Of a stretch of 64,000 nucleotides of DNA, positions 50,346 to 64,000 are shown one piece after another (within the stretch, counting starts at the first letter, position 1; the number at the start of each line of letters is the position of its first letter). The notes beneath the pieces were generated by a model. The model searched no databases. It saw only the letters and a program-made list of their open reading frames with translations, and was not told the origin of the DNA. Made by a program: the position numbers and the translations under genes. Source of the stretch: Schmidtea nova. Taxonomy: Eukaryota. The DNA lies in assembly GCA_044892505.1 (NCBI GenBank), contig CM097884.1, positions 6,572,001 through 6,636,000 of the forward strand, written 5' to 3'.

Positions 50346-53300
50346 AAAATATTATTTTAAAATTTTGTGTTTTTCATAATTTATATGATTTTTATCAGTA
50401 GTGTTTTCAAATTGTTAGTTTTTGCTGCTTTTTATAATTTTTTATGAATTTTCTATTGTTTGCAGTTAAACTGTGAGTATTTTGATATCAAGATTATTGA
50501 ATTTTGACTGTTAGTTGCAATTACATTGCACTTGGTTTCTTCTTTAGACATTGTTTTTTATTAATAACAAGATTTAATTCCAAAAATTATATTCAATAAA
50601 TCAAATTATTCAAACAATATTAATCAATAATACTATTCGAATATTTCTTCTGAAGCATCGATAATTTTTATGAGCTATGATTCAAACATTATGTAATTCA
50701 CCATACCGATTAAATGTTATATTTGAAATTTTATTTAAAATTAAAATGTTTGAAATTAAAATTTTAAACTCATTTTTGAATTTAATAAAATTTTATAACA
50801 TTAATTTTTAAAACAATATTTATTAAACTTATTTTTTCAAATTTTTAAATATTTATATCAACACTTCACACTGACCATCTTTGGAAATTGTGAGAGTGGA
50901 CTCTTTTTACGTATACAATGGTGTCGGATGAGACCAATTTTTTATGTTTTGACTTATTTACCCTTTTTTGTTTGTCATTCAATTCTCAATAGATTGGTAT
51001 AAAAATTACTGAATTCTGAGCAGATTTTATTTTGTCGGTGGACACCGACTTTTTCATATTTTACATTTATACCTTTTTGTTCTTCATTTAATTCTCAGTA
51101 GAATGGTAAAAAAATTATTGAATTTGTGAAATTGTGAGAGTCGACCCATTTTGCTTGTAAATTGTCTGTGGGCTTTAAATTCTTCATGTTTTCCCTAATT
51201 TTTTGAAAAGATTTGAAAAATTAAATGACTATAAAAATCGGAATTACATCATCATTTCCATAACAAAAATTATCGTGTCATCGATAACAAAATAAAATAG
51301 ATTATAAAGTATTATGTAAAATAATGAGATTACATGAGACCTAAGTGTTATATAACTTTGTGAAACCCCAGAAAAACTTTAGGGGACTACTGTTAATTAT
51401 TATGTAATTTATGCAGTTTAGGAATAAATGGCTTGCGCCAGAGCGCTTGCTTCTCCTTACCATTTAATAATATAACTAGACATATTTCTGTTAATTAAAT
51501 TCGCTTTCACTTGTAAATTTGTTTTTAGATTTTTTATTTGTGATTTGATTTTAAAATCAGTTCCTATTATGTAACTCAATTAACCATTTTTATGAGAATA
51601 TTTTTTCTTTTCTTTTTTGAGAAATATAGAATTGGTGATTTTTACATGATTTCTGAAAAAAAGAGAGTTTCCCGTTTTTATTGATGGTTTTCTTGTAAAT
51701 ATTTTTTTTTGTTTACAAATTTATGAGAGTTGTCCTATTTTGTATGATCAATTGATGATGTTGACGCTTTTTACTTGACAGTGTTTATTTCATTTTTAAG
51801 AATTGTAAAAGTCCAAACTTTTCAAGTGAATATTTTGACGGTGGAGAATAATTTATGCTGGAAAATTGGAACTTGTTCATCCCTCAAAATATACCGGATG
51901 TTATTGTTTTTTCATTTAGGAATTGTGAAGGTCCACCCTTTTGCTCTAGATAACTATTGTGGATCAGTTTTTTTCTAGCAAACCATTTGGGAAACATGCC
52001 GGATAAAATTACAAAATTTATGACAGACTGAGTGAACGATTCTTATTAATATAAACATTTGCATTTGCATGTAACAACACGCTTTTTTTACTCTAGCTTA
52101 TAACTTACGCATGTGAAAAAGTGACAAGGATAGCTTTGCACAAAAATCAAAATATGCAAATCAATAAAACACTTTATTCGAAAAAAATATTTTTTAGTGT
52201 CAAAAGTGCGCTTTTATATATTTTTAATAAAATTTCCAAATTTGTATCAATTATACGCGTTTAATATTTTGAATAAATAATGTATTTAATAAAATTTAAT
52301 TTTAATTTAATAATTGAATAAATAAAGGACGGGCCAGATAAAAATCATTCTTGGCCGTAGTTTGGTGGGTGGCGAATTTGTTATGTCTATTGTAAATTAT
52401 AAACAAAAGAATTTTGATTTTGTTTTCCAGCCGATTTTATATTCATAGAATATTGAACTTTGAGGAGGAAGGGTAAAAATGTTTTATGAATGATATTGTG
52501 GAAATGTGAGGCGTTGTGAAAGCATGTTCTGTAACTTTTATATGCTCTCAACTAATTCCCGGTTGTGCAGTTTTCAATCAAAAGGGTTCAACTGTAATTT
52601 ACTTATCCATTGATGTGCTGCCCGTTCTATCCGATAAAGGTGTCGATGTATAAATGCTTAAAATAAGATACATGAGGAACTATAAACCTTCTTAATTCTG
52701 ATTATTTACATGTTATCTTAGGTTAGGGGTTATGAAGAAACCTTGAATTATTGAAAGACTATTGCTGACATCCATCTCGAATCTGATACTTCCATTGCAT
52801 AGGATAGTGAAACTAATCCGATCAGTTCTGGCAGCCACCTACATAATATATCGCAAAAAATATTATTATTTTATGATTTATTGTAATATTGATATAGTAT
52901 TATAAAAGTTTAGTAATCATTTTAAATTTTTTCAGATTTGTCATATATAATGATATAAAAAAGAGACTTGCGGAATGAATATATAAATAAGAGGTCAGAA
53001 ATGTCATGAAATGTTGCCAAGTAAAAGAAATAATTAAACGACACCTTGTGAATATATTGGAGAATGATTCTATATAATGATAGAATTTATATACAAATAC
53101 AAAATAAATTTCCACCTCTCCACATCCTAATATTCCCTAAACATCCTAGCTAGTGTACTTGTTTGGACAAAATAATTACACAGGTAAAGACGTCATATAT
53201 CATTGACAGAAGTGTGCATATAGTTATATTTTAATTAATATTATTTTTATTGAAATAAAAATAAAAATAATGAAGAAAATAATTTTACATTTTGTCATAT

Positions 53301-54406
53301 GAAAGCACTGATAAACTTAATAAAATATTAAATAATTATTTCTAACTTTAAAATATGTGTTCTTGATGGGGTCAAGATAAAATAAATAAAATATTTTATA
53401 AATTTAAACAACTACAAGTTTAACCTTCATATGACATTGACCTCCATCAGTTATTTTTTTATCCTAAAAATATAAAGATAAAATACAATAAATCTACATA
53501 TAAAGTGGTCAAAGATATTTTGTTTAGAACTGAAACATATTTTATAAAAATTCTTCAATTTGTTTTAATTTATTCATGACAGAATTGCATAATTTAGTAA
53601 TTGCTATGGAAGGTGACCGCTTTTATAGAAGGAAGCAAAATATGAAAGAATATAAATATGACATTTGTCAGATTTATGCGATTCTGGAACTAATTTTTTA
53701 AAATTATTTGTTTTGTTTATTGGCATATACTTTTAACTGAAAGTGTAATATTTTGACTTATAACAGTTGATTATGGCAATTTATTTCGATGACAATATAA
53801 TTTTGTTTATAAATAATCATAACATATTTGTGGTAATTTTTATTTATTTTTTGAGATTATCTTGAGTAAGGGTAAATTTTATATTTTATTTGTATTTATT
53901 ATATATAATATAGATTTATATTATTTGCAATTGAATTACAAACATGAACACACACATACACAAAAACACACACATACACAAAAACACACACATATATACA
54001 CACACTTATATATATTTAGCTGGGAAAACTTTACATAGTATAATTATATTATTAAATATCGCATAATGCTTGTTTGAATGTCAAAATTATAATTTGTTTG
54101 AATTAATAAAGTTTCACTTCAGGAAATTAGGCCAAATGCCTGTAAAATTATTTTTGTTGCGATATATTGTAAAACTCGTGAATTTGATGTATTTGTTGTG
54201 AAAATAATGATTTGTTATTTGTTGTATTGAGAAAGAGTAGAAATTCTACTAAATTCTTTACAAGCACAATAATAATAAAAACTGAATGCACATTTATCCC
54301 GATATTTATATTCGTGATCTGACGAAATAGATTTTATTAACGTTTGACTAGTGGACAAAACAAGTGAAAGAATCAACAGTTCGGTTGTTACAGCTTATCA
54401 AATTCT

Positions 54407-55641
54407 CATAAAAATGAGAAACAAATAAAAAATAATTATATTATTGAAGTTGATAAAACTGGATCTGTATAGCCATTCACAAGAGGGGAGGTTTTGCCCT
54501 TTCATTGTCAATTCGTCAATTTGACAATAATAACTATGACAACTTACCAAGGTTACAAATAAATATTTACAAATAAATAATTAACAAGGTTACAGTATAA
54601 ATGAAATATTACCATTATTGGCTTTGGAAAATTTTTGAGGTAAGTTTTATTTATTATTATCAATAATATTTTAAAGTTTTTATAGATTTTTGTTTATAAT
54701 GAGTTTTTAATTTATATAATTCAGTCGTCATTCCAATATTTGTGAGTTTTTGATAAAAATATTTAGATAAAAATTCTTTATTTGAAAAAAACTTGTTCAA
54801 TAATATCTAAAATTAATTTTGTGAAAAGGACTGCTATCATAATCTGTCTACTGAAAAANNNNNNNNNNNNNNNNNNNNNNNNNNNNNNNNNNNNNNNNNN
54901 NNNNNNNNNNNNNNNNNNNNNNNNNNNNNNNNNNNNNNNNNNNNNNNNNNNNNNNNNNNNNNNNNNNNNNNNNNNNNNNNNNNNNNNNNNNNNNNNNNNN
55001 NNNNNNNNNNNNNNNNNNNNNNNNNNNNNNNNNNNNNNNNNNNNNNNNNNNNNNNNNNNNNNNNNNNNNNNNNNNNNNNNNNNNNNNNNNNNNNNNNNNN
55101 NNNNNNNNNNNNNNNNNNNNNNNNNNNNNNNNNNNNNNNNNNNNNNNNNNNNNNNNNNNNNNNNNNNNNNNNNNNNNNNNNNNNNNNNTTTTTCAGTAGA
55201 CAGATTATGATAGCAGTCCTTTTCACAAAATTAATTTTAGATATTATTGAACAAGTTTTTTTCAAATAAAGAATTTTTATCTAAATATTTTTATCAAAAA
55301 CTCACAAATATTGGAATGACGACTGAATTATATAAATTAAAAACTCATTTTAAACAAAAATCTATAAAAACTTTAAAATATTATTGATAATAATAAATAA
55401 AACTTACCTCAAAAATTTTCCAAAGCCAATAATGGTAATATTTCATTTATACTGTAACCTTGTTAATTATTTATTTGTAAATATTTATTTGTAACCTTGG
55501 TAAGTTGTCATAGTTATTATTGTCAAATTGACGAATTGACAATGAAAGGGCAAAACCTCCCCTCTTGTGAATGGCTATACAGATCCAGTTTTATCAACTT
55601 CAATAATATAATTATTTTTTATTTGTTTCTCATTTTTATGA
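54407..55641. repeat. Nested inverted repeat (~450-bp arms) centred on an N gap
   Basis: 54407-54858 mirrors 55189-55641 with about one mismatch. Confidence 0.92.
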
Positions 55642-58600
55642 AATTGAATAAATTGACCAAATTTATCTCCTAAACCTTGCATCCAATAACCATATAATGC
55701 GTAACCACTCTAGGATTTTATCTATTGCTATATACAGATATTCAAAATATAAATTTACAGTTAATATTATTTTTTTACTTCCATTGAAAGTTATTAGAAC
55801 AAATTGCATTATTATTGTGATTATAAATATCCCTCGCGCCTGCCAGCCCCAAGTTATTGTCACGTAATGGTAAGCTATAAACCATTCATGGCTTACAAAG
55901 TGTCAGTGGAAAGCGCTAACATAATGTTTTTTCTATTTTGAAAATTTTAAAAGAGGTCAACAGTAAAAATTCGTCAAGATCTTTTTTCTGTATTTATAAT
56001 AATTTCTATTAAACATGAACTCAGCCGATTTTCGATAATTCGGTCCCTCTTGGAGAAAGTAGGGAAAGTGAGATTGATATAAAACCACTTGTAAATGGCA
56101 TTGACAACATATATATTTGTATATGAATACTTCACAGGTGAAATTCTTTTTGTGAAGTATTATTAATAATTATAATTTTACTCGTAATTATGATCATTAT
56201 TTTGTTAATATAACAAATAAATTAATCATCTGTATTGTCTTAATGTTGCTCAGTGAAACATTTAAAGAGAAATCTTTTCAAGTGACCGAAGTGTACGCAT
56301 GAATTAATAAATATCATTTAAATTATATTAAAGAATTCTGAAAAAATCTCAAATTTTTATTTTCGATATATTTTTCCTATTTTTTTTTTGTTTTAATTTA
56401 ATTTAAATTTTATTGCCGATAAAATACACAAATAAATCACAATTAGTAAGTCCACCAACAAATAAAACATTTAAATTACAAATTATTTCTAGCAAAACAA
56501 TTTCAAAATTCCGTATTTTTCTTATTGCCAATTGAAATAATTAATAAAACAATTAATCTAAAATATTCAAAGTAAAAATTTGTTCACATTTTATATCATT
56601 CGATTTTGATTAGAAGCAAGATTTAAACAAAATTTGTTAGTATATTTGGAAAGTCTATTACAAATAATGAAAATTATGAGAATAATTAAATAGAAATATC
56701 ATTTAATTTTGGGATAAATAGATATAAAAACCATAATAAAAATAAATAATAATATTATAAATTAATATTATAAATAAAATTTAGTTATTATTTGGCTTCA
56801 TTGTAAATTTCATATTTAAGAATGATTGGAGAATGAAAATATAAAATATTTATTGAACGCTTGTATATGAATATTCATTAATCAATTATTAACTCATGCT
56901 TGCTAAAATATACTCAAATATAAATACGAAATTGTTTAAATTTTGTGTTGTGTTTAAAAATATAGATTTCTGAAATCATGCCGGTTTTTAATTTAAGAAA
57001 CCAAACTAATAATAGTAATATTCCATTTTGATAAAATATTTCAATGACAAAGTAGCAGTTAAAGTCCTAGAAAGATAAATTAAAAATTTTTATGAAATTT
57101 CTATTTGAAAGTAATAATTTACCATATAATAATATTTTNNNNNNNNNNNNNNNNNNNNNNNNNNNNNNNNNNNNNNNNNNNNNNNNNNNNNNNNNNNNNN
57201 NNNNNNNNNNNNNNNNNNNNNNNNNNNNNNNNNNNNNNNNNNNNNNNNNNNNNNNNNNNNNNNNNNNNNNNNNNNNNNNNNNNNNNNNNNNNNNNNNNNN
57301 NNNNNNNNNNNNNNNNNNTAATTTCTCCCACCATTTATTTATTTTTGATACTTTTTCACTTATAAAGAAGTTTGCAATAAAATTTATATTCCATGCTTGA
57401 ATGAAATTCAGCATTTGTTTACCTAAGAACAAAAAGTGCCATATTCATGTTCATTTACTCCCAAAATAACAAAATTAAATATCATACATTATTAAAAATT
57501 TGATAAGCTGTAACAACCGAACTGTTGATTCTTTCACTTGTTTTGTCCACTAGTCAAACGTTAATAAAATCTATTTCGTCAGATCACGAATATAAATATC
57601 GGGATAAATGTGCATTCAGTTTTTATTATTATTGTGCTTGTAAAGAATTTAGTAGAATTTCTACTCTTTCTCAATACAACAAATAACAAATCATTATTTT
57701 CACAACAAATACATCAAATTCACGAGTTTTACAATATATCGCAACAAAAATAATTTTACAGGCATTTGGCCTAATTTCCTGAAGTGAAACTTTATTAATT
57801 CAAACAAATTATAATTTTGACATTCAAACAAGCATTATGCGATATTTAATAATATAATTATACTATGTAAAGTTTTCCCAGCTAAATATATATAAGTGTG
57901 TGTATATATGTGTGTGTTTTTGTGTATGTGTGTGTTTTTGTGTATGTGTGTGTTCATGTTTGTAATTCAATTGCAAATAATATAAATCTATATTATATAT
58001 AATAAATACAAATAAAATATAAAATTTACCCTTACTCAAGATAATCTCAAAAAATAAATAAAAATTACCACAAATATGTTATGATTATTTATAAACAAAA
58101 TTATATTGTCATCGAAATAAATTGCCATAATCAACTGTTATAAGTCAAAATATTACACTTTCAGTTAAAAGTATATGCCAATAAACAAAACAAATAATTT
58201 TAAAAAATTAGTTCCAGAATCGCATAAATCTGACAAATGTCATATTTATATTCTTTCATATTTTGCTTTCTTCTATAAAAGCGGTCACCTTCCATAGCAA
58301 TTACTAAATTATGCAATTCTGTCATGAATAAATTAAAACAAATTGAAGAATTTTTATAAAATATGTTTCAGTTCTAAACAAAATATCTTTGACCACTTTA
58401 TATGTAGATTTATTGTATTTTATCTTTATATTTTTAGGATAAAAAAATAACTGATGGAGGTCAATGTCATATGAAGGTTAAACTTGTAGTTGTGTAAATT
58501 TATAAAATATTTTATTTATTTTATCTTGACCCCATCAAGAACACATATTTTAAAGTTAGAAATAATTATTTAATATTTTATTAAGTTTATCAGTGCTTTC

Positions 58601-61557
58601 ATATGACAAAATGTAAAATTATTTTCTTCATTATTTTTATTTTTATTTCAATAAAAATAATATTAATTAAAATATAACTATATGCACACTTCTGTCAATG
58701 ATATATGACGTCTTTACCTGTGTAATTATTTTGTCCAAACAAGTACACTAGCTAGGATGTTTAGGGAATATTAGGATGTGGAGAGGTGGAAATTTATTTT
58801 GTATTTGTATATAAATTCTATCATTATATAGAATCATTCTCCAATATATTCACAAGGTGTCGTTTAATTATTTCTTTTACTTGGCAACATTTCATGACAT
58901 TTCTGACCTCTTATTTATATATTCATTCCGCAAGTCTCTTTTTTATATCATTATATATGACAAATCTGAAAAAATTTAAAATGATTACTAAACTTTTATA
59001 ATACTATATCAATATTACAATAAATCATAAAATAATAATATTTTTTGCGATATATTATGTAGGTGGCTGCCAGAACTGATCGGATTAGTTTCACTATCCT
59101 ATGCAATGGAAGTATCAGATTCGAGATGGATGTCAGCAATAGTCTTTCAATAATTCAAGGTTTCTTCATAACCCCTAACCTAAGATAACATGTAAATAAT
59201 CAGAATTAAGAAGGTTTATAGTTCCTCATGTATCTTATTTTAAGCATTTATACATCGACACCTTTATCGGATAGAACGGGCAGCACATCAATGGATAAGT
59301 AAATTACAGTTGAACCCTTTTGATTGAAAACTGCACAACCGGGAATTAGTTGAGAGCATATAAAAGTTACAGAACATGCTTTCACAACGCCTCACATTTC
59401 CACAATATCATTCATAAAACATTTTTACCCTTCCTCCTCAAAGTTCAATATTCTATGAATATAAAATCGGCTGGAAAACAAAATCAAAATTCTTTTGTTT
59501 ATAATTTACAATAGACATAACAAATTCGCCACCCACCAAACTACGGCCAAGAATGATTTTTATCTGGCCCGTCCTTTATTTATTCAATTATTAAATTAAA
59601 ATTAAATTTTATTAAATACATTATTTATTCAAAATATTAAACGCGTATAATTGATACAAATTTGGAAATTTTATTAAAAATATATAAAAGCGCACTTTTG
59701 ACACTAAAAAATATTTTTTTCGAATAAAGTGTTTTATTGATTTGCATATTTTGATTTTTGTGCAAAGCTATCCTTGTCACTTTTTCACATGCGTAAGTTA
59801 TAAGCTAGAGTAAAAAAGCGTGTTGTTACATGCAAATGCAAATGTTTATATTAATAAGAATCGTTCACTCAGTCTGTCATAAATTTTGTAATTTTATCCG
59901 GCATGTTTCCCAAATGGTTTGCTAGAAAAAAACTGATCCACAATAGTTATCTAGAGCAAAAGGGTGGACCTTCACAATTCCTAAATGAAAAAACAATAAC
60001 ATCCGGTATATTTTGAGGGATGAACAAGTTCCAATTTTCCAGCATAAATTATTCTCCACCGTCAAAATATTCACTTGAAAAGTTTGGACTTTTACAATTC
60101 TTAAAAATGAAATAAACACTGTCAAGTAAAAAGCGTCAACATCATCAATTGATCATACAAAATAGGACAACTCTCATAAATTTGTAAACAAAAAAAAATA
60201 TTTACAAGAAAACCATCAATAAAAACGGGAAACTCTCTTTTTTTCAGAAATCATGTAAAAATCACCAATTCTATATTTCTCAAAAAAGAAAAGAAAAAAT
60301 ATTCTCATAAAAATGGTTAATTGAGTTACATAATAGGAACTGATTTTAAAATCAAATCACAAATAAAAAATCTAAAAACAAATTTACAAGTGAAAGCGAA
60401 TTTAATTAACAGAAATATGTCTAGTTATATTATTAAATGGTAAGGAGAAGCAAGCGCTCTGGCGCAAGCCATTTATTCCTAAACTGCATAAATTACATAA
60501 TAATTAACAGTAGTCCCCTAAAGTTTTTCTGGGGTTTCACAAAGTTATATAACACTTAGGTCTCATGTAATCTCATTATTTTACATAATACTTTATAATC
60601 TATTTTATTTTGTTATCGATGACACGATAATTTTTGTTATGGAAATGATGATGTAATTCCGATTTTTATAGTCATTTAATTTTTCAAATCTTTTCAAAAA
60701 ATTAGGGAAAACATGAAGAATTTAAAGCCCACAGACAATTTACAAGCAAAATGGGTCGACTCTCACAATTTCACAAATTCAATAATTTTTTTACCATTCT
60801 ACTGAGAATTAAATGAAGAACAAAAAGGTATAAATGTAAAATATGAAAAAGTCGGTGTCCACCGACAAAATAAAATCTGCTCAGAATTCAGTAATTTTTA
60901 TACCAATCTATTGAGAATTGAATGACAAACAAAAAAGGGTAAATAAGTCAAAACATAAAAAATTGGTCTCATCCGACACCATTGTATACGTAAAAAGAGT
61001 CCACTCTCACAATTTCCAAAGATGGTCAGTGTGAAGTGTTGATATAAATATTTAAAAATTTGAAAAAATAAGTTTAATAAATATTGTTTTAAAAATTAAT
61101 GTTATAAAATTTTATTAAATTCAAAAATGAGTTTAAAATTTTAATTTCAAACATTTTAATTTTAAATAAAATTTCAAATATAACATTTAATCGGTATGGT
61201 GAATTACATAATGTTTGAATCATAGCTCATAAAAATTATCGATGCTTCAGAAGAAATATTCGAATAGTATTATTGATTAATATTGTTTGAATAATTTGAT
61301 TTATTGAATATAATTTTTGGAATTAAATCTTGTTATTAATAAAAAACAATGTCTAAAGAAGAAACCAAGTGCAATGTAATTGCAACTAACAGTCAAAATT
61401 CAATAATCTTGATATCAAAATACTCACAGTTTAACTGCAAACAATAGAAAATTCATAAAAAATTATAAAAAGCAGCAAAAACTAACAATTTGAAAACACT
61501 ACTGATAAAAATCATATAAATTATGAAAAACACAAAATTTTAAAATAATATTTTAGA

Positions 61558-62223
61558 TATAAAAAACATCTGAATATTCTTCGGCTTCATCGGCATCATC
61601 GATTTCATCATTTTTACGCACCCATAACCCCATCTATACTCATATAATGACCACATTCAATACTTTCATTTTTTCCTATTCAAAGTACTTTATCGCCAAA
61701 GTTAGTCAAAGCATTTTTACGAGATTTATTAGTTAAAAGTTGATGATTTTTACTAACTATTCTCGACTAGTCGACCGAAACTATTGTATTATTATTATAA
61801 CAATCCAGGTATGACTGATGTTTCAGGTCAGTACCCTTCAGTGTTATACCCTTAGTCTTAATGCTCTTTTTTCCCGTAAAAGACTATAACACTTGGATCA
61901 AAGAAACACCCCCTCATCATAATTGGATTCTTTATTCTCATCTTTGAATTTACCAATGACAGAATTAAGAATTTTCGAGTACAAAGGATGATCTGGATCA
62001 TAATTCGAAGTGTCTTAAAGTATAAACGATAGATGACAAAAGAGTTTCCAACTTACAATTCTTAGTCTTCGAGAAAAAAAGAGTCTGTATCAACAGCAAC
62101 TATATTAATTTCACAGTTGAATTCATTACAATATTGTTGTAATTCTTCATACTGGAGTTGATACATCTAAGTTTAAATAGATCCAGTACAGTTTGTCTAG
62201 TATAGCTCGGTCTATCTAAACAT
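61558..62223 (-). pseudogene. Mirror copy of the third pPolB fragment
   Basis: Reverse complement of 49680-50345. Confidence 0.85.
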
Positions 62224-63887
62224 ATATACCTTGAGATAATATCATTATAAATTTTATATTTTTTCGAAAAGTCGGTTTAAAAGTGGATATAATCAGTCTC
62301 GACGCTGAATTACATAGTCACAAATTAAGTCGTTTCTTAGAATTCTCTACAATCTTTGGACAATTAAAGGTTAAAAAAGAAAATTATCTTCAAATCTGTC
62401 TTCAGATAAGTTGTGTATTTGAATGCTTATAAAATATATTTATAAAAAAATGAATGTATTTTATCTCTCATATATATATTTTCTACAGTTATAAAAGAGA
62501 AAATGACACAATTTACCAATAAATCCTCAAAAACACATTATCGAAATTGTGGCCAAAGAAATTTCACATGAGTATTGTTTCTCNNNNNNNNNNNNNNNNN
62601 NNNNNNNNNNNNNNNNNNNNNNNNNNNNNNNNNNNNNNNNNNNNNNNNNNNNNNNNNNNNNNNNNNNNNNNNNNNNNNNNNNNNNNNNNNNNNNNNNNNN
62701 NNNNNNNNNNNNNNNNNNNNNNNNNNNNNNNNNNNNNNNNNNNNNNNNNNNNNNNNNNNNNNNNNNNNNNNNNNNNNNNNNNNNNNNNNNNNNNNNNNNN
62801 NNNNNNNNNNNNNNNNNGGTAGCTCAGATAGAAGGCTTACTGTGGGCGTGATTTGTTTTTTTTGTCGCGTCTGTGTGCGCGTTGTCAATTTTCTAGACTT
62901 CTGTGTGCGCATCATTTATTTTTATGACTTACTTTTCTCGCGTCTGTGTGCGGGTTTGTTCGAATTCTTAGGAATTGATTAAAGATTGTGGAGTTGTGGA
63001 ATCAATGAAGCTTTGACTGATTTGTTTCGTCGAATTATTTTGATTTTCTTGGATTCAGATTGGAATTTTAATTCTCGATTCATATTTTTGATTTTGATTT
63101 TTGTATTATAGCACCTTTTCGGCAATTGGAATTTTTTGGTTGATTTAAATTTTGCTGAGTGTTTTTTGACAAAGTTGAGATTTAAATTGGAAGTTTTTAA
63201 AAATAAATCAGACAATGCTGTATTCTGAAAAAATTGCAAATAGATTATCAGATGGTGAATGTCAATCTTCTAAAAGTGCTGATGTATCTTTCAAACCCAA
63301 ATTTTCAATGAATAGAGAATTGGTATTCGAGGTGCTCAACACATTTTGCAGTTCATCTGAAAATCCTGTTGAATGTTTAGATGCTTTGTCTGCATCTGGT
63401 TCGCTCGTAATTCAATGGAGGAAAGATTTATCACATAAAATAATCGTAACAGCTGTCAACATTAAAGATGAAAGTATTGAAAGAACCAAATTCAATTGTA
63501 AAATAAAAGACATTGACGTGATTTCCAGCACAATTTCCAATGAATCTTAAAAATTAATCGCATTGCAATTCTATGATGTCTACAACGTCGAAGGTTATCT
63601 CAATGAACAGAAAGCTAGTTCGGCTGAGTTTTGTACTGCTTCTCGAGAATCTCGAAAGAACTGTGTATAATTAATGGTGTTGTCAGGAGATCATATGTCA
63701 GAAATCTTGAATGAAAATGATATTGGTGTGGACGTGTATGATTATGACTTTGATCTTGACAAGTTAATACAATGTGTGGACAAAATGAATTTCCGATGGT
63801 TAAATAGTAATGTCTTTGACAATATGACAGATGAATTGTTTGCTGATAAAATAAAAAGTTTATTCGATGAGTTCTTGGATCGATTCA

Positions 63888-63952
<65 letters not shown>

Positions 63953-64000
63953 TATCATTATCATTATTATAAAGTAGTACAAAGTGAGATGACAACACCA

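Larger units (their letters stand above)
47915..64000. repeat. Near-perfect large inverted repeat (arms 47915-~54405 and ~57498-64000)
   Basis: Mirrored ORFs sum to ~111900-111903; only rare differences seen (53407, 53632, microsatellite length); mirrored N gaps at 49086-49316 and 62584-62817. Confidence 0.96.

Noticed and set aside
51775-53115. Short ORFs duplicated in the giant inverted repeat
   Set aside because: Non-ATG starts and no motifs; their duplication reflects the repeat, not conservation.
2674-62982. Many ORF-track entries made largely of X
   Set aside because: They are produced by N gaps and are not coding evidence.

Overview
Very AT-rich, gapped eukaryotic (animal-like) scaffold with tiny spliceosomal introns (about 36-56 nt). 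Two host genes are supported: a clan-3 cytochrome P450 on the minus strand (four exons, 7760 to 1779; 3' exons not found in the window) and a probable secreted, GPI-anchored laminin-G-like gene (25650-28068). The rest is mostly transposon- and virus-derived. The main element is a decayed ~12.4 kb Maverick/Polinton (adintovirus-like) at 28951-41379. It carries protein-primed PolB, adenain-like protease, major capsid, rve integrase, a GGF-motif core protein and packaging ATPase, plus unusual cargo: a TBP-like gene, an intact TATA/CCAAT-driven ORF and an Asn-rich spliced gene. Its integrase and protease are each interrupted by a host-sized intron. Further Maverick-family termini, PolB fragments, two more TBP-like copies and IAP-type RING genes lie nearby. 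Many of these sit inside a 13.5 kb TTAA-flanked piggyBac-type insertion whose empty site is present elsewhere in the window. Also present: Tc1 and mariner relics, two MITEs, Penelope-type hammerhead-like motifs, several inverted duplications, and a near-perfect >6.5 kb-arm inverted repeat at the right end that may be an assembly artefact. All protein family calls come from motif recognition by eye; no searches were run.
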